Source: Marsupella aquatica
Lineage: Eukaryota > Plantae > Marchantiophyta
Reading direction: 5' to 3'
Length of the DNA: 64,000 nucleotides
Assembly (NCBI GenBank): GCA_973895155.1
Contig: OZ316894.1
Coordinates: 20,776,451 to 20,840,450 of the forward strand
The notes under the pieces: model-generated
The model's database searches: none
The model's input: the letters and a program-made list of their open reading frames with translations, nothing else
Told to the model about the DNA's origin: nothing
Made by a program: the position numbers and the translations under genes
Part shown: positions 25,326 through 39,235 of the stretch, one piece after another
How positions within the stretch are numbered: position 1 is the first letter of the stretch
Layout: each line of letters starts with the position of its first letter

Positions 25326-27258
25326 AAAGTGAAACGTCATTCCAAAAGTAACAGGTCACTTTTTTTATGAATATGAACTGATTGATGACTTTACTCACTT
25401 CATCTAGAAGTGCAGGACAAACTCTAAGTCCATCTGGGATTTATAGTTGGTTTTTTCATTTGGTAATAAATTTAGGAAATTGGACGAAATGTCTCAATTT
25501 GAAGGGCAGAGGAGTGGACCATTCACTGTTTAATTTTTCCATTTGTTTCTAATTTTGAGAACTTACAAAAGATGTTATAAATTTTATAAATTTCAAAAAT
25601 CCCCTCCCATTTACAAATCGGATGCACAATGAAAATCACACCATTAGCTACCTGAAAGTCCAATGGACAGTTGGGTGTTTCCAATTTGTTTTAATTTTGG
25701 GAAAATTAGATAAGATCTTCTCAAGGTTATCAAATTTCTGAAATTATTGCCAAAATGTCCTCCAGGTTTAGAACTCACTTGCTGATGAAAGTACGTTACA
25801 CTGAAATGGATGGCCTGAAGAATCATTATATTTGTGCTTCAACAGTTCGTTAAAGCCCTCCTTAGAGGTTTTGTTTGTATTTTGTACTGCAATTGTGTGG
25901 CATAATGCTAAGAGACATATGTGACCTTCCTATACAGATGTTTGAATGTCCTATGCAAGTTTTCAGCAACCCAAACAATAAATAAGAAAAATAAGAGTCA
26001 GGCTGCAATGTCCCCCAAAAGTACCACTGACTGGTGGACCTGCTCTAAGCTTTATCATGGACAATGCCTTCGAGAGGGCTTCCAGTGCAAACCTTCCCAG
26101 GCCTCCCCAACAACAACCCTTTCACAACAATAACCTCACGGGTCTAATATCACGCACAAAGTTTTGGGGGAATAACACATTAAAACATAAGTAAAAGTTT
26201 TAATCACGGACTTTTTAACAGGTATTTTTTCAAATTTTAAAATCTTCTTATAATTTTCAAAAATCCGCAAAGGTGTTTTAAACAATCTTCTTATAATTTT
26301 ACACAATCTTACACATAAACTAATAAGTCTTTCCGGCAAAATCCAATAAAAAAAACTTTTACTTATTTTTGCATTATGGGTGGGAAGAAAATAAGTGAGG
26401 ACCTTGGAATACCAGCAATAGTGATCAAAATGATAATATTTTTGCAACACTAACAACCCAACCAAAATGAAGAGACTTTTGCATCTTTGAAGTATGACAA
26501 ACAATCTTGTGCTTTTTACTCTATTACAGTATTCCAAAATTTAACATTTTTCACGCAATCTAAAAACTATGAAGCAAAACATAGAAGAGGAGACCCAAAA
26601 ACTGGAAAATGGAGGGACAATCATCATGGAGAAAGTGGGACACACATGGATGAGAAGATAGGGAGTGCAAAGCTCAATGGATGAGAAAAGGGGATGCATT
26701 TCTAGCTTTATGCAACAAATTCTTTTACATATCTACATCTTTTATTTCATAACATCCTTTGCACAACAATATACTTTTTGCAATGTCATCTTTTGTACAT
26801 CTTTTGCACAAGGACATCCTTAATCTACACAAAATCATTTTTTATGTAATGTAATTTTTTGGGTAACAACGTCTTTACACAAGAGCATCTTTTGCATAAT
26901 AATATTTTTGGTATAATGCACAGGTTTTGAGCTAGTTCTGCATAATAACCAATGACCCCAAAATTTAAATATGTTTTATAGAGCTCTTAATGGCTGATGA
27001 TAGGAATTATATAACATTATCAAAACTAAACCTTGCAACACTTTATGGTTCCATTATTGGATCATTCCAAACTAGTCAGAGTTACTTTAATTGGTTAATC
27101 AACAGTGGAAAAAAGGTGGAATTATCATGATTTAACAAAAAATAGTGATAGAGTATCCAATTCTATCATTTTGGTGCCCTTCAAGCCTGCATTTGACCTA
27201 AGGATGCACTACACAACAACGGCACGCAAAAACCTTCAAATCAGGTTGGACTCTTGAT

Positions 27259-28603
27259 ATAGCATGTAAATCCTAGAACATGCTTTGTTTTTTTGTCTTG
27301 TAGTGATATGTGTAAGATATCTTATTTTTTAACAATAAAATACAATAATAGAAGTATAGTTTATGCAAAGAAAAGAGTATCTTTTAACAATGAGTGGGAT
27401 ACAAGCTAGAAGTAGGGCACAAGCAAAGAAATACACACAATGATCAAGAAAAGTACAAGTCTTATGGAATAAAGATATTGAATAGTTGTGCATATAAGGT
27501 ACACATACTCACTTGCGTGAGGTAATGACAGTGAATTCAATCAAAACCATAAGTTTAGGAAAACGAATCATGGAGGGAACTTAAGACACTAGTTGTACAG
27601 GCTTCTCAGATTCATTTCTCTCTCTCATGAGAACAATTAAAACTTCTTCTCTCAACTGGTAGAAGTTTAAAATTAGTGGTAAAGTATATGTTTAGGATAG
27701 CAAAGATTAAAAAGTGAAGAGGGGTCTCAAAGTAAACTCAAAATACTCTAGGACAGCAAAAAATTAAAAGGGGTCCCGAAATTCATTCCCTATCTATATA
27801 ACACAAATGATACATCTAAAAAAGGCACATTGAAATATAAATCTATGACTGAAAATATGAATAAGACAAAATCTGAAAGGTGGGTTCACCATATAGCAAT
27901 GTCTGAATTTTCCTTGAGGCTTGCTCAGCACTCTTGACAATAATCAACAAGTCAAATCTCCACTGAGAAGGCTGCAACTAAACTCTCTAAATCAGAAGCC
28001 TACCATAGGCTTTACCAATCATATTATTGTTATACAGAGGAAAAATAAATTTTGAAGCTGCTATATGGTGAATCCACCTTTCAGACTTTGTCTTATTCAG
28101 AATTTTTGTGACATGTATATACTCCGAGGAAAGGTCTGAGTAGATTTTTAATGAATTTTTGGACCCCTTTAAAATTTGGCATCTTAGAGAATTTTGAAAT
28201 CATTTTGGCAGCCCTCTTAATTTTAATTTTGTTATCTCTTGGATTAACCAATAACTTTAATTTTTATCACTTGAACAAAGTTTTTAAGTCTTCTTATGAG
28301 AGAGAAAAATGACTCTTAATGATGTGAACACATGTTCTCTTAAGTTCCCCTCATGACTTTCTTTCCTAAGTTTAAGGTTTTTATTGAAGTGAGTGTCATT
28401 AATAAGCCACATTGAATTAATAAGTGCACACATCGTAGCGCCTTTGTGCCGTAGCACTTGACTGTACTTTTCATTGGTCACTCACTATGTGTTTCTCTTT
28501 GTATGTGGTCTATTTACATTATTTTGTCTCCATTCTCGTATTTATTCATTTACATATCACTACAAGACAAAATATGAAACATGTTCCAGGATGAGCAGGC
28601 TAT
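27259..28603. mobile_element. Foldback / long-TIR non-autonomous DNA element (diverged arms of ~650 bp)
   Basis: Inverted pairs ttttgtcttgtagtgatatgt/acatatcactacaagacaaaa, gggaacttaaga/tcttaagttccc and tctgaaaggtgggttcaccatatagc/gctatatggtgaatccacctttcaga. No TSD found. Confidence 0.7.
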
Positions 28604-29251
28604 TTTATACAGAGGAAAAAGGAAAGAATGTACACACCGGTTGCAAAATGAACCCACTTTTGTAAACAAGGGAAACAGTTGATATGCGCAAAAACTCATG
28701 AGAACAGGACCCTAAAGGCTACCAGGGAGGTCTCACAGTGCTTAGAGTTCGTGGATATGAACAGCTGATTGAACCACCATAGGTTACACCTATGTCAAGG
28801 CCTTGATCCTCAAATCTCAAAGGAGCAAACAAAATGAGAATCATACAACCATATCATAGAACAAGATAGAAATATAAAGAACAGAGTGTGGACATAATGG
28901 GCCACGAAGAGATGCGTCTACGAGTATATAATCTCAATTCCAAGCTCTCTCCCTCATTGCAACCCAAATAATATTCTAGAAACTCCATTCATTGGATAGC
29001 ACCAAGACAACACAGGCCATAAGTTGTTGACAGCATTAATCCTACCATCTGAAAGTCAAACCGCTCTTGGAAATTACTTTCTGCCAGACAACGCTAACTC
29101 CCAATAATGCCACAACCAGCAATTTAGCGTGGGACACAGTTAGATGCAATGTCAGTTAGATGCAATGTCAGTTTATGCTAACATTTGGGTTCGCTTTGGA
29201 TCAAAGAGTCTTGTCTTTGAAAAATTGGCCCATGCAAAGGATTGGGTGACT

Positions 29252-29432
29252 GAGCCAGCAGAATGGTTCTTCGTTTCCGCGAAAGCTTGGGATCGTTGTG
29301 GAACAATTTCACCCACAGTTCGATTTGAAGAATTGGCCCGGGCAATGAGATTGGATAAATGAGCTAGCTGTATGGTTCTCCGTTTCCTTGAAAGCTTGAG
29401 ATTGTTGTGGAACAATTGCACCCACAGTTCGA
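29252..29432. repeat. ~110-bp direct duplication
   Basis: gaaagcttg.gat.gttgtggaacaatt.cacccacagttcga x2. Confidence 0.8.
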
Positions 29433-29720
29433 ACGGAAAGAGGATTGTGTTGGACGTTTCCTAGAGGCAAGCCATTTAGATAATAATTGGAAGAGCAGAT
29501 TCTGGGGGGGAACGTAACCCTGAAATCTGCAGAAAAGATTGAATCAAGTGGTAAACAGGAACTTTCACAAGGTCGGCTTCTTGCCTGAATTTGCGCACAA
29601 ATACAAACATTGACCCTTAGGTGCAATTTCTATACATGAATGTCCACGTGCTAGTGAAGTAGATTCAGAAATGTCCACGAGGACATTTAACAGTTCTGTT
29701 CACACCGTCAATACGCGAGG

Positions 29721-29932
29721 GGAATTTGAAACAAAAGGGAGTCTTCCTGAACAGCCTCCGACTGTAATATATTTTCTAAGGAGGCTTTTGTAGCAGGTCC
29801 TTCGAAAAAAATTCGATCGTATGATGCGGAATTTGAAACAAAAGGGAGTCTTCCTGGACAGCCTCCGACTGTATAATACATGTCAAGGAAGCTTTTGTAG
29901 CAGTTCCTTCGAAAAAAATTCAATCGTATGAT
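29721..29932. repeat. ~107-bp direct duplication
   Basis: ggaatttgaaacaaaagggagtcttcctg.acagcctccgactgta...cttcgaaaaaaattc x2. Confidence 0.85.
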
Positions 29933-30434
29933 ACATATAGATACAGTTTGAATATGATGCTACCAATTTCGGAATCTCAGCCATTCTCCTGAAAGTCATG
30001 AGTATCAGCTACTCGTTTCTTTGGCCATTCATATCCAGGAGGGCCGACATTAATGAGCTACAATATTAACTTTTCCCTCAAGGGAACAGTGATTGTACTA
30101 TCTCCGCGAAATCTTCAATGTTCAAAGGCAGCAGCGGAGATGAGTTGCTATGACCTCAACAGGTCTGTTCTCTGTCTTTGATGAAGCTGTGCTGACTGAC
30201 GCCGCAATCTACCCTTCGAGATACTTTCAGCAGGGGCGAAAATTTGTTTTTAATTCACCTTCCTCGGTTTCTGTGAGCAATAAAATGGGTAACCTGGGTG
30301 CTCGCCATCAGACTGATGTTGCTCCCACCCCACTTGTCTGACTAAAAATCTGAGGGAGAAGAATAAACATTGGACCTCCAATTGTCGATGGAGGTCTGTG
30401 TCTCAGAAAAACATTCAATTGACAGCAACACTAT

Positions 30435-33400
30435 TTATACAAGTTCTCTCTTTTTGCCTCGCCACTTCCTCGGATTGTTCTCAAGAGAGGTTGCACCTAC
30501 AAGAAGCAGATTTGGGTCCTCCTCAGACATCAACATGTTGGCGGCCTCTGGATTCTTCAGCAGCATTTTTGCCACAAGGAAACCAGCGATGGTCCAGGTC
30601 TGATGCAGACGAGCTTGCTTGCCGATAAGTCTGCCAAACCGCGTGTCGTAATACTCAGGCCAACGGTCGCTGGACAACCTCTGTTCGGCCACTTCTATCG
30701 CTCTTTGAGCAAGATCCTGTCTCCCCATTTTGATGCAAGCAACAGTGAACTGCAGGAAACATATTAGGTTAGCTGAAAGACAGGCATTTCATAGGAAGCC
30801 CATCCAAACGTCACTACTTAAATTCATCATTTATAAAGCTCAATGCGTATTAACTGAAACCAGCGACTAAGAATTTCATTCACTGTCCCATACTCGAAAC
30901 CTTCTAAGGTTTAATTAGTAAGAAAAGCAGATCCAGAGTGTAGAGAGGCAGCCACAAAATGCGGAGTACTCCTATTTATGATATAGAGTGAGGATGTCTT
31001 TTGAAAGGAAGCCACTATTCTCGCTTAAACGTCATGTCTCCAGAATTACAACTAGTAAACTTGAAAGAACGTAATTCCATGAGCGATTTAGGAGAACTTA
31101 CTTGCCAAAGAAGAACAGGCCAAGATCCTGAATTATGATAAGACCAGGGCCTACACGAAACCGCACAAACAAGGCGGTACCGTTAGTTGCAAGTTCAGAA
31201 TTGAGACTGTTTCTGGAGAAAAATGTTCTGGCCTCATGTCCAGTGTCAATTGCGAATGGAGAAATCAGTCCAAGAATGTGTCATCGACTCTAAACAACAA
31301 TGCTAATAGATGACCAACTCATTTTTCTGAACTCAGAACTAAAGTCGGATATTGAACATGATCAGCATTTCGGCCCACTGCTTGGTAAGATTAGAGCTTA
31401 CGTATTCTTAGGATCAGCTCCAGTGATTATACGCCACTCTTCAAGCTCGAGGGCAGGGAAGGCGATCTTGAAAGGCATATTCCCAACAAAATCCTTCCAT
31501 CTGGCATCGATCAGGTCAAGAATGGCGTCTGACTGTCGCGGGCTCGCAAGTGAGCCCACCACAGACCAGAGATTGCCTAGGGAGAAGAAACGAAAGTCCA
31601 TATGAGCAGGTTGAAGATTGCCTATCAGATAACCGCCCTGGTCTGGTATCCAGTCAAGCAGCCAACCAGGGATCTGATCAGGGTAGATGTTGAATTTGTT
31701 CACGGCATCATACGAATACTCCTCCGTTTGATACCTGTAGATTTCACTCAGTTTTTTCATATCCAGCCAGTAGTACTCCCGAACGTGAAAAATAAGAGCA
31801 CTGAGCCTGCTATTTATGTTTCTGGCAAGTCCTGTATCTTCATCGACTAGCATTTCTCGCGCACAACGAAGAGCTGAATAGAACAATGCCTGCACATCAC
31901 AGCAAGAGATGAATGAATGAATGAATGAATGAATGAACTGACAGAAAAGTCCACAGATCCCCAAATGGACCGAGGAAAGGTGGTAGTCGACCAAGTATGT
32001 GTGGGAGCACAACCTCCAGACCCAGCAAGCAAAGGGAACCCCGACACTGTACAAATTCCAAGACTCCATGGAGAAGTAAATCAGTTATCCTAGACGCTTT
32101 CGTAGAAAACGCAATTACCTGTATCTCAAGAGGGTGACCGTGGATGCCCATCCGGCGATCAATCATGCACGAGCCATCCGTCACCAGCAGTGTGGGGAAC
32201 ATATCGAATCCGTCAGCCAAACATAGCTTTAGGATCATTTTCATCCCCGTTTGTACTTCAAGCCTTTGTTGAAGCGAAGTATCTCCCGTACACTTCCCGT
32301 AGGCTCTTAAGAGAATAATCCACCAAAGACCTGCTCAATGAGCACAGAACTTGTTAAAGCTCCAATTCCAGATCGATAATGCTTCCAAATCAACTTGAAT
32401 TGGCCTTCCTAGATAGAAGACCACGAATGGCAGCCACATTCCAGTGACAGCAGGAAATTGACCTAAGTAGATTACTCAGATATTCAGTGATAACAAGAAA
32501 AGACCAAGAGTCAAAGCTAAATGCGACGGCAACGAAGGAACGAAAATAGCTTCAACTTCCACGTTGAGCTTACCGGAATCGACAGGAGCAACTCGACCAA
32601 TCGCCGCTTCGCCAAAATCCGGATCTAGGATTTCCTCTGTAGCAATCTCATCTTCTCCTTCGACGGGAACTGTGCGCAGCTTGAAGCTGGCAGGCATTAG
32701 ACCCTGCCCAGGATCGTAACAGTCAACTGTCTTCTCCCAGCTCTGCAATTTCACAAGGTGGGTTAATAAGGTCAGCACAATCGGGAGACCGGGTATCGAA
32801 TTAGAATCCGTGAGCAGAGCCAAAAGACGAAGAATGGGACCCAGGCAAAACAAAACAAAAATCGGCAACCATAAGATTTCGAGCCACATTGAAGCAACCA
32901 GGAACAAAGTTGTCTCAAGAACCGACAGCAAGAATCAAACTGAAAATACAGCAAAACACAAAACTGCTAGGAGGACACATCGCAATGAAGAGCATTGGTT
33001 CGGATCCCAAACGACAACTCAAATGAGCAGCATAGACAGGGATCCAGCGGAGGTCGGCCGACTTCTTTCATCTTCGACCCTGCACTCACTTCTTTCATCC
33101 TAAACCTACTGCCAGCTCTCGAGCAAACAAAATCTTCATGGGATGGTGAACAAAATGGCAATCCGAGGTCACCTGTAGCCGCAAAACGTTGAGTAGAAAA
33201 TTGCGTACGATCTCAGATTCTCCTTTGAGCAAGAAAGCGATGGCAGAAGGGATGAAATCACGAATGAACACTTGATCGTAATTCAAGGCGTTGGTAGTCG
33301 TGGGATCTTGGGCAGCAATTGTGCCCACGGGAACCCCATCGTAGTTTACTACGGAGGATCGCAAGAGCTCCCATGCCTCGATTTCCAAATCACTCTCAAA

Positions 33401-33988
33401 TTCCTTGACCGAGAACGGAGGAACTCCGTTCGGTTGGACGAACACGTGCTCGGGCCTCACGCTTTCCTGAGGCGAAAAAACTGAACCATTACTCTCGTTG
33501 TCGGTAGTCGTATCAGTGCGAGAGACATTCGAGCGAGCTGGAGCCTCCGTTTCCGCTGCAAAATCCTGAGCCAGATTCGGGTGCTGAGCCTCCGCATTCA
33601 CCGACACTATTGACGATCTCCCCTTCCCAAACTTGCGAGAGTCGTTGAACACCGAACTGTGCTGCGCCGAAGTAAAATTCACTTTCGACGCAACCTGAAA
33701 GACGCTGGAAAGATGGTGTGCACTCCGAACGCGAATAATGTCGACGGATTGGCCACGGACTCCATAGGGACGGCTACTCCGCAGAGCCGCAGCTCGGCAA
33801 TGGCAAGGTGCAGAAGGGACTTCCCCTCGAAAACATGTAGCATTTCCGAGAGAGCGTTCAAAGAGAGCGTTCATGGTGGCAGAGGGTGAAGAAGAAGGAA
33901 AGGTGCATGGCAAGGTGCTATACACGCTCTTCACCCCAACTCCTCCTCCTCCTCCTCCTACAGCTCCCCATGTCCCTCCCGGATACAT
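30435..33988 (-). CDS. Alkaline/neutral invertase (GH100), organelle-targeted alpha group, 6 exons
   Basis: Exons at about 33988-33173, 32742-32574, 32330-32119, 31889-31402, 31150-31102 and 30749-30435. Motifs [92 protein letters not shown]. Long Ser/Arg-rich N-terminal extension. The start codon is uncertain (33988 or 33874). Confidence 0.95.
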
Positions 33989-34055
33989 ATGAAAGCTCTT
34001 CAAACCTCTACAAAACCTGCGCACTGAAGCAGTAACTCCTCCGCTTCTGAACGCC

Positions 34056-34273
34056 TTGGACTATCAATCCACTGTCAGTAGTGAACAATGTGCAGGACCA
34101 GAACCCCGAGATTTGGACTATCGATCCCCCTGTCAGTAATGAACAATGCGCAGGACCAGAACCCCGAGATTTGGGCTATCAATCCCCCTGTCAGTAGTGA
34201 ACAATGTGCAGGACCAGAACCCCGAGATTTAGACTATCAATCCCCCTGTCAGTAGTGAACAATGTGCAGGACC
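34056..34273. repeat. ~58-bp tandem array (~4 copies) just 5' of the invertase ORF
   Basis: ctatcaatccccctgtcagtagtgaacaatgtgcaggaccagaaccccgagatt repeats from 34056, 34113, 34171 and 34229. Confidence 0.92.
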
Positions 34274-34611
34274 TTCTCCCGAGGTTGGTATCCGAGTCGC
34301 CAACCTTTCTATTCCTCGATCAGTGCACTTCTGCTGCCAAAGCTGAAGCTTGACGAGAGAATGCCTGTCAAGACGACGGAATTCTGTGTCTGCCGTTAAT
34401 ATTAAAGACCTTTCCGCTCAGTGGGTTATGAACCCGATTCCACGAGTCTCCTCGACGAAGTTGGGGACGGTTTGAACACTAGAGAGAATGCCTCACTCTC
34501 TCGTCAGCAAAGAATTTAACCAGGCCCTCCAGAGTCTTATGGAATTATTAATGTACCACTATGATACATTCAGGACTTGACCAGGCCTTTGGACGGTAGG
34601 CCATCAAAATT

Positions 34612-34760
34612 AAAAAATGTATGAATTTTGTCGCAGTTGTCGCTGGGTCCGCCAATTTTTTTTAAAATGTATGAATTTTGTCGCAGTTGTGGCTGGGTCC
34701 GCCAATTTTTTTTTAAATGTATGAATTTTGTCGCAGTTGTGGCTGGGTCCGCCTCCGCTG
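34612..34760. repeat. 50-bp tandem repeat x3 ending in a MITE-TIR-like motif
   Basis: aaatgtatgaattttgtcgcagttgt(c/g)gctgggtccgcc x3. CTGGGTCCGCC..CTG resembles common plant MITE termini. Confidence 0.8.
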
Positions 34761-36999
34761 CATAGAGCGCCATTACTTGACTGGGGACACAAAACCTACA
34801 AAATGTTAATTTTTTTAAAGCCTCAATATTTTATTGGATGACTAAATGAATTCAATTTGAGCTGAAAATTGTTATGTGTGATCTCTGCAATATCCAAGTT
34901 AGAAAAAGTTGGAAATTGTTGGGACTTTTTGGACACCTCAAACACTCAATCCTTACAAACTGCAATGTACAATTGTGCACCTTTCCTTAGGTTACCTAAA
35001 GCAAAGTTTGAACCAAAACTAAGCTACGTACCTTCCTCAAATAAGTTAACAGATTCTAAATGAAGTGTAAGAGTATTATGCTTCAGCAAAAGAAATTATG
35101 AAAAACTCCCGTGGGTTTTTGAGTATAAGATTGAGTGGTAGGAGTTGTTCAAAAAGTGCCAACATTTTTCAGTAGGTAGCTTCAGCTTAAGACATTGAGT
35201 TAAATTTAGACTATGTTTGTGATTAAAGATAGGGCATGAGACTGGGATTGAAGTCCACGATGCATGACCTACAGTAGTTGGTAGAGAGAATCTATTGATA
35301 GAAATCTCAACAGTAAAATAACGATACATTATGTTTGTGAGTAAGGACTAGTATGGGACTCTAGGAGCCTTTCCTAAGCTGGCATTAGTGCTACCGGTAG
35401 TCTAATAAAATTTCAAAAGTTGGGCCCATCAAAGCAAAAGTTTGGATTTACACGGGCATAAAGTAAATTCCGCTTCTGCTGTATTTCCAAAATTTCCAGG
35501 CAGCAGCTCATGACACGGACAACCAAGGCCCACATATCCCCATTGTTCTACGTGCGGTGAACAAATCACCACGTCAATAGCAGAGTTGTCACCTTTATAG
35601 GGAACAAGAAAAAACAATCCCCATCAGCTTCTATAGCCAAAAATGCACTTTATTGTGGTCCCGCCCTTGGTGATACGTTTTCTCCACTTGGGAACCAACG
35701 TCACACGACTTAACGAGTCAGTACAAATCTTTCCAATTGCCACGAGTTTCTCCAATAAATTATTGTAAATAAACACTCATTCAGAAGTATTTTTACAGGA
35801 CGTTGGGGGCACTTGGGAGGTTTTTTCACCGGATCACTCGAGGGATATTGCGCACACTAAATATACTGTCCCCTGGTAAAAGCATTTTTGGAATACTTTA
35901 TGGCCCCCAAGGGCTTGGAAAGGGAAGTGCAGCAAGTGGTGTTAGATTAATTTTCTAATAGAGCCATGGAGGACCCACTTCGCCTGAATGTTTAATAGCA
36001 TATGGCTAAAGTCTTTCTAGATGTGACTAAAGATTTTATGAAGGACTTGTGGGTCCCTTTTTAGTGCAAGTGAATTAAGATAAGAATGGACCAAGGGGCC
36101 AGAAGAAGATATCTCCAACCTAGGGAATCTAAAATCTAGGATAAAAGAGTACTCCACATAGGCAAAAATTAGGTTCCATTCTATTACATGTAGGATTGGT
36201 AACAGGTTTGGTTGAAAGTGCCCCCAATGTTTTTTAAAGTGCATTTTCTCCCAAATGGATGACCCCAATCAGACTTTGGAGACAAGAAAAACGTGAAAAT
36301 TGCTCCCACCATCTTATAAAGCCACCCTCATTTCCCCAAAGATTGTACTGCCTTCCATATCATAAACAAACAGTCACGATCATATTATACAATTTGCCAT
36401 TATTTTTTGTTTAAATAATTTTGCACTACTAGGATTCACACAAATTCAATGAGTCAGCATAATTTTGCAGTACAGGTCCCTCCAGTAAATTATTGTAAAC
36501 ATTCATGCATTTCCAAAATATCGTTGAATACCGTCGGTTCATCTTAGCCTTCCATATCAGGAACAAACAGTCGGGATATGGCTTGGAGCTCTACATCCAA
36601 TCTGCCATTATTCCTAGTTTCAATAATTACTTTTGTAAGCTAGGTACAGGAATTTCCGCCGTGACACTTGTGACAGATGTCACGACGGGCTTCAGTCTCA
36701 CTTGTCAACAGATCTGTGATCTTTCAACGTTTCCATAATAACCAATGAGAAAACATTGTCCAACACTTCAACGCGTGGACGAACATGACACGCTACAAGA
36801 TGGTCGTTTTCTGTTATAGGTGTAAAGACTTGGCGTGGTACAGTCGACAGCGCATCCAATGGGAGCAGCTCTGTCTCATGGGAAAACATTTTGTCAAGCC
36901 CAGAATTGTGTTTTTTGGTGCTTTTGGAGTGTAGGCATTGATTATTTCACTTTTAAAAAATTCACCAATTTCTAGTTTTCTACACAGATAATATATATG

Positions 37000-38562
37000 G
37001 TCTACATTATACAGAATCGCACGAGGATTTCTAACTCTAGTGTAGCTAGGGATGTTGGATGCTCTCCCTACTGTAGATTCAGTGTTTCATTCATAAACTC
37101 AAGTTAAGTTTACCCTAAAAGGTGCCTGTTTATTGTTTTATGGGTATATATTTTGTCCCAGACAGATATCCCCACATTTTGGGTGACCTTATACCATCAA
37201 CAAATTATCCCATACAGAACATCAATCACCCTTAATTTCATCGCTTGGGCAAATCACTTCTAAGATCTGTTTTTAGATTTCATCACAACAAACATTTTAC
37301 CAGTTGAATAATTTGGATTTAGGTAAGCTCTTCCTAAACAACTCATTTATTACAGTCCCTGGGCTCCACTCTTACTGTTATCCGCCAGTATCCATTTAGG
37401 TGATAAGAGAGTCACTCCAATTACTCCAAAGTTTCAAACCTTCCCTGGTACCTGAAAGGAACAAAATCTACTCGTAAGATTGGGACAAATTGGACAAAAT
37501 TTGGAACTACTGTTCACAGTGGAGCACTCCGCTTTTTTCAGTGGTGGATTCTGGAAGTATTGGTCATGAAGAAGAAGCCGCCAGCCTTCCCCTAGATAAA
37601 TCTTTTTGGAGTGTGTGCATCTTGTGAGGCGTTTTCTCATGCCCTGCCATAAACAAGGTCTTTTAGTTGTGATGTTTTGGAAGTATATTTTGTGAGCGGT
37701 GCAACCAGTTTGAACACATGGAACACCTCTTTTTCAATTGCTGTAGAGTTAACGCCCACCGGCAGGAGGTGGGACAGCTCTTGAAGCACTCCCCTGTCCT
37801 GAACTCAGTTCATAGCTCATTGTTTGACTCGATCAAGGGGGCTATCATGGTGCACAAAAGGATTGCTTTCCTCTGGTTCTCATCTCCTAACTTTGCAACA
37901 CCATTTGGAAAGAGAGAAATAGTAACACTTGCTCTCAGTTTTTTGGGAGCTTGCCAAGATGGGTTATCTTAAATGAGAGCCACCTTAAGTCCCCAAAGAA
38001 AGCCAGACATCCCTTAGCAGGCTTCATGAGGTACTCAAGCCCTGGGCAGCTACTGAGATCACCCAAACACTTTAACCTTGATACCCTTGATGATAGTTGA
38101 GGGTAGAGAAATGTATCTTGACCTGATGCACCTTTTCCTTAGCTCTTTGTAGTGCAATAGGCCTGACTTCGTTAGTCTTTTGGCAGGAGTGGTCGACGAG
38201 TTTCTCTTGTTCAGGACCACTTTTGCCAAAGTTGGACTGCCATCACTATCCGTAGGAGGAGCCACTCTGCTCAGACCCGCCCTCATAAGGATAGTAGAGA
38301 TAGTTTCTTGAAACATCCCAACACTTGTAGCACTTCAAGTAAGTGGGAGATACTTTTGGTGGTTACATAGGAATTGCACCGGCTGGGTTATGGATGGAGC
38401 CACTCTCCATTGGCTCTTGGGACTCTCATGGCCCGATTAAGTGGTGGTGGCTGCAGCTCCTGCCTTGGCGCCCCTGGTAACTGGCTAGTGTCCCTTTTGG
38501 TATGGGTGGATTTTTGCCCCCTTGCTGCCTGTTTGTGTTATTTAATTAAAAAATCAAAAAAG
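37000..38562 (+). mobile_element. Degenerate 5'-truncated L1-type LINE
   Basis: zf-RVT motif CERCNQFEHMEHLFFNC (~37690-37742), downstream IWKERN, a decayed QGCPLSP-like stretch near 37060 and an A-rich tail near 38548-38561. Confidence 0.7.
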
Positions 38563-38964
38563 AACATTGACTTCACTGGAAATTATGTTCAGACCTGGCT
38601 TGCATTTTCTCTTGGGGGACCATAATTAGTCATATGTTACTAGAATCAGTCAATAAAGTACTAAAATGGGAAGCTGCAGTGTGATGTTGTGTGCAAACGT
38701 GTTGAAGTAGTGAGTTTGTGTGAAGCAATTGCACTGTTGGACGTTGCGGAAAAGGCTGACTGATAGAGAATTGGGGGAAAGGCCTGCGGAAAGGCTGGCA
38801 AATCAGCTTGGCAATTGGCCCAAGAGTTTGTGCCCTCTGTCTCTCGATCAAGAATGTTTGATCCTGTTGTTGTGAAGGTGAATCTTGGTGTCTGTCCAAC
38901 CTCTTCAGCTTGTTGGTGCTCAAGAGTGTTAAAACAAGCATCATGGTTCATGTAACACCACAAA

Positions 38965-39235
38965 TCTTTTATGACCTTTTGCTTTACTTTGTAAGGGTCA
39001 GGCTTTCTTTTTCTTGAACCTTACACGACCTTGTGCTTTACATTGGTGTAAAAATACTGGCTTTGTTTTTCTTGAACTTTACAGGTCCTTGTGCTATACT
39101 TTGGTATAAGATACTGCCCTTCTTTTCCTTGAACCTTGCATCACTTTGTGCTTTTACCTTGGTGTAAAAGCCTGGTCTTCTTTTGCTTTAACCTGACATG
39201 ACCTTGTGCTTTACATTGGTGTAAAAAACCTGGCT
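38965..39235. repeat. ~60-bp tandem array (4-5 copies)
   Basis: Unit ttcttgaacctt...accttgtgctttacattggtgtaaaaa..ctgg. Confidence 0.85.

Noticed and set aside
31908-31936. (ATGA)n tract
   Set aside because: Ordinary intronic microsatellite.
35380-36900. Scattered internal direct repeats suggesting a DNA transposon
   Set aside because: No termini, TSD or transposase could be identified.
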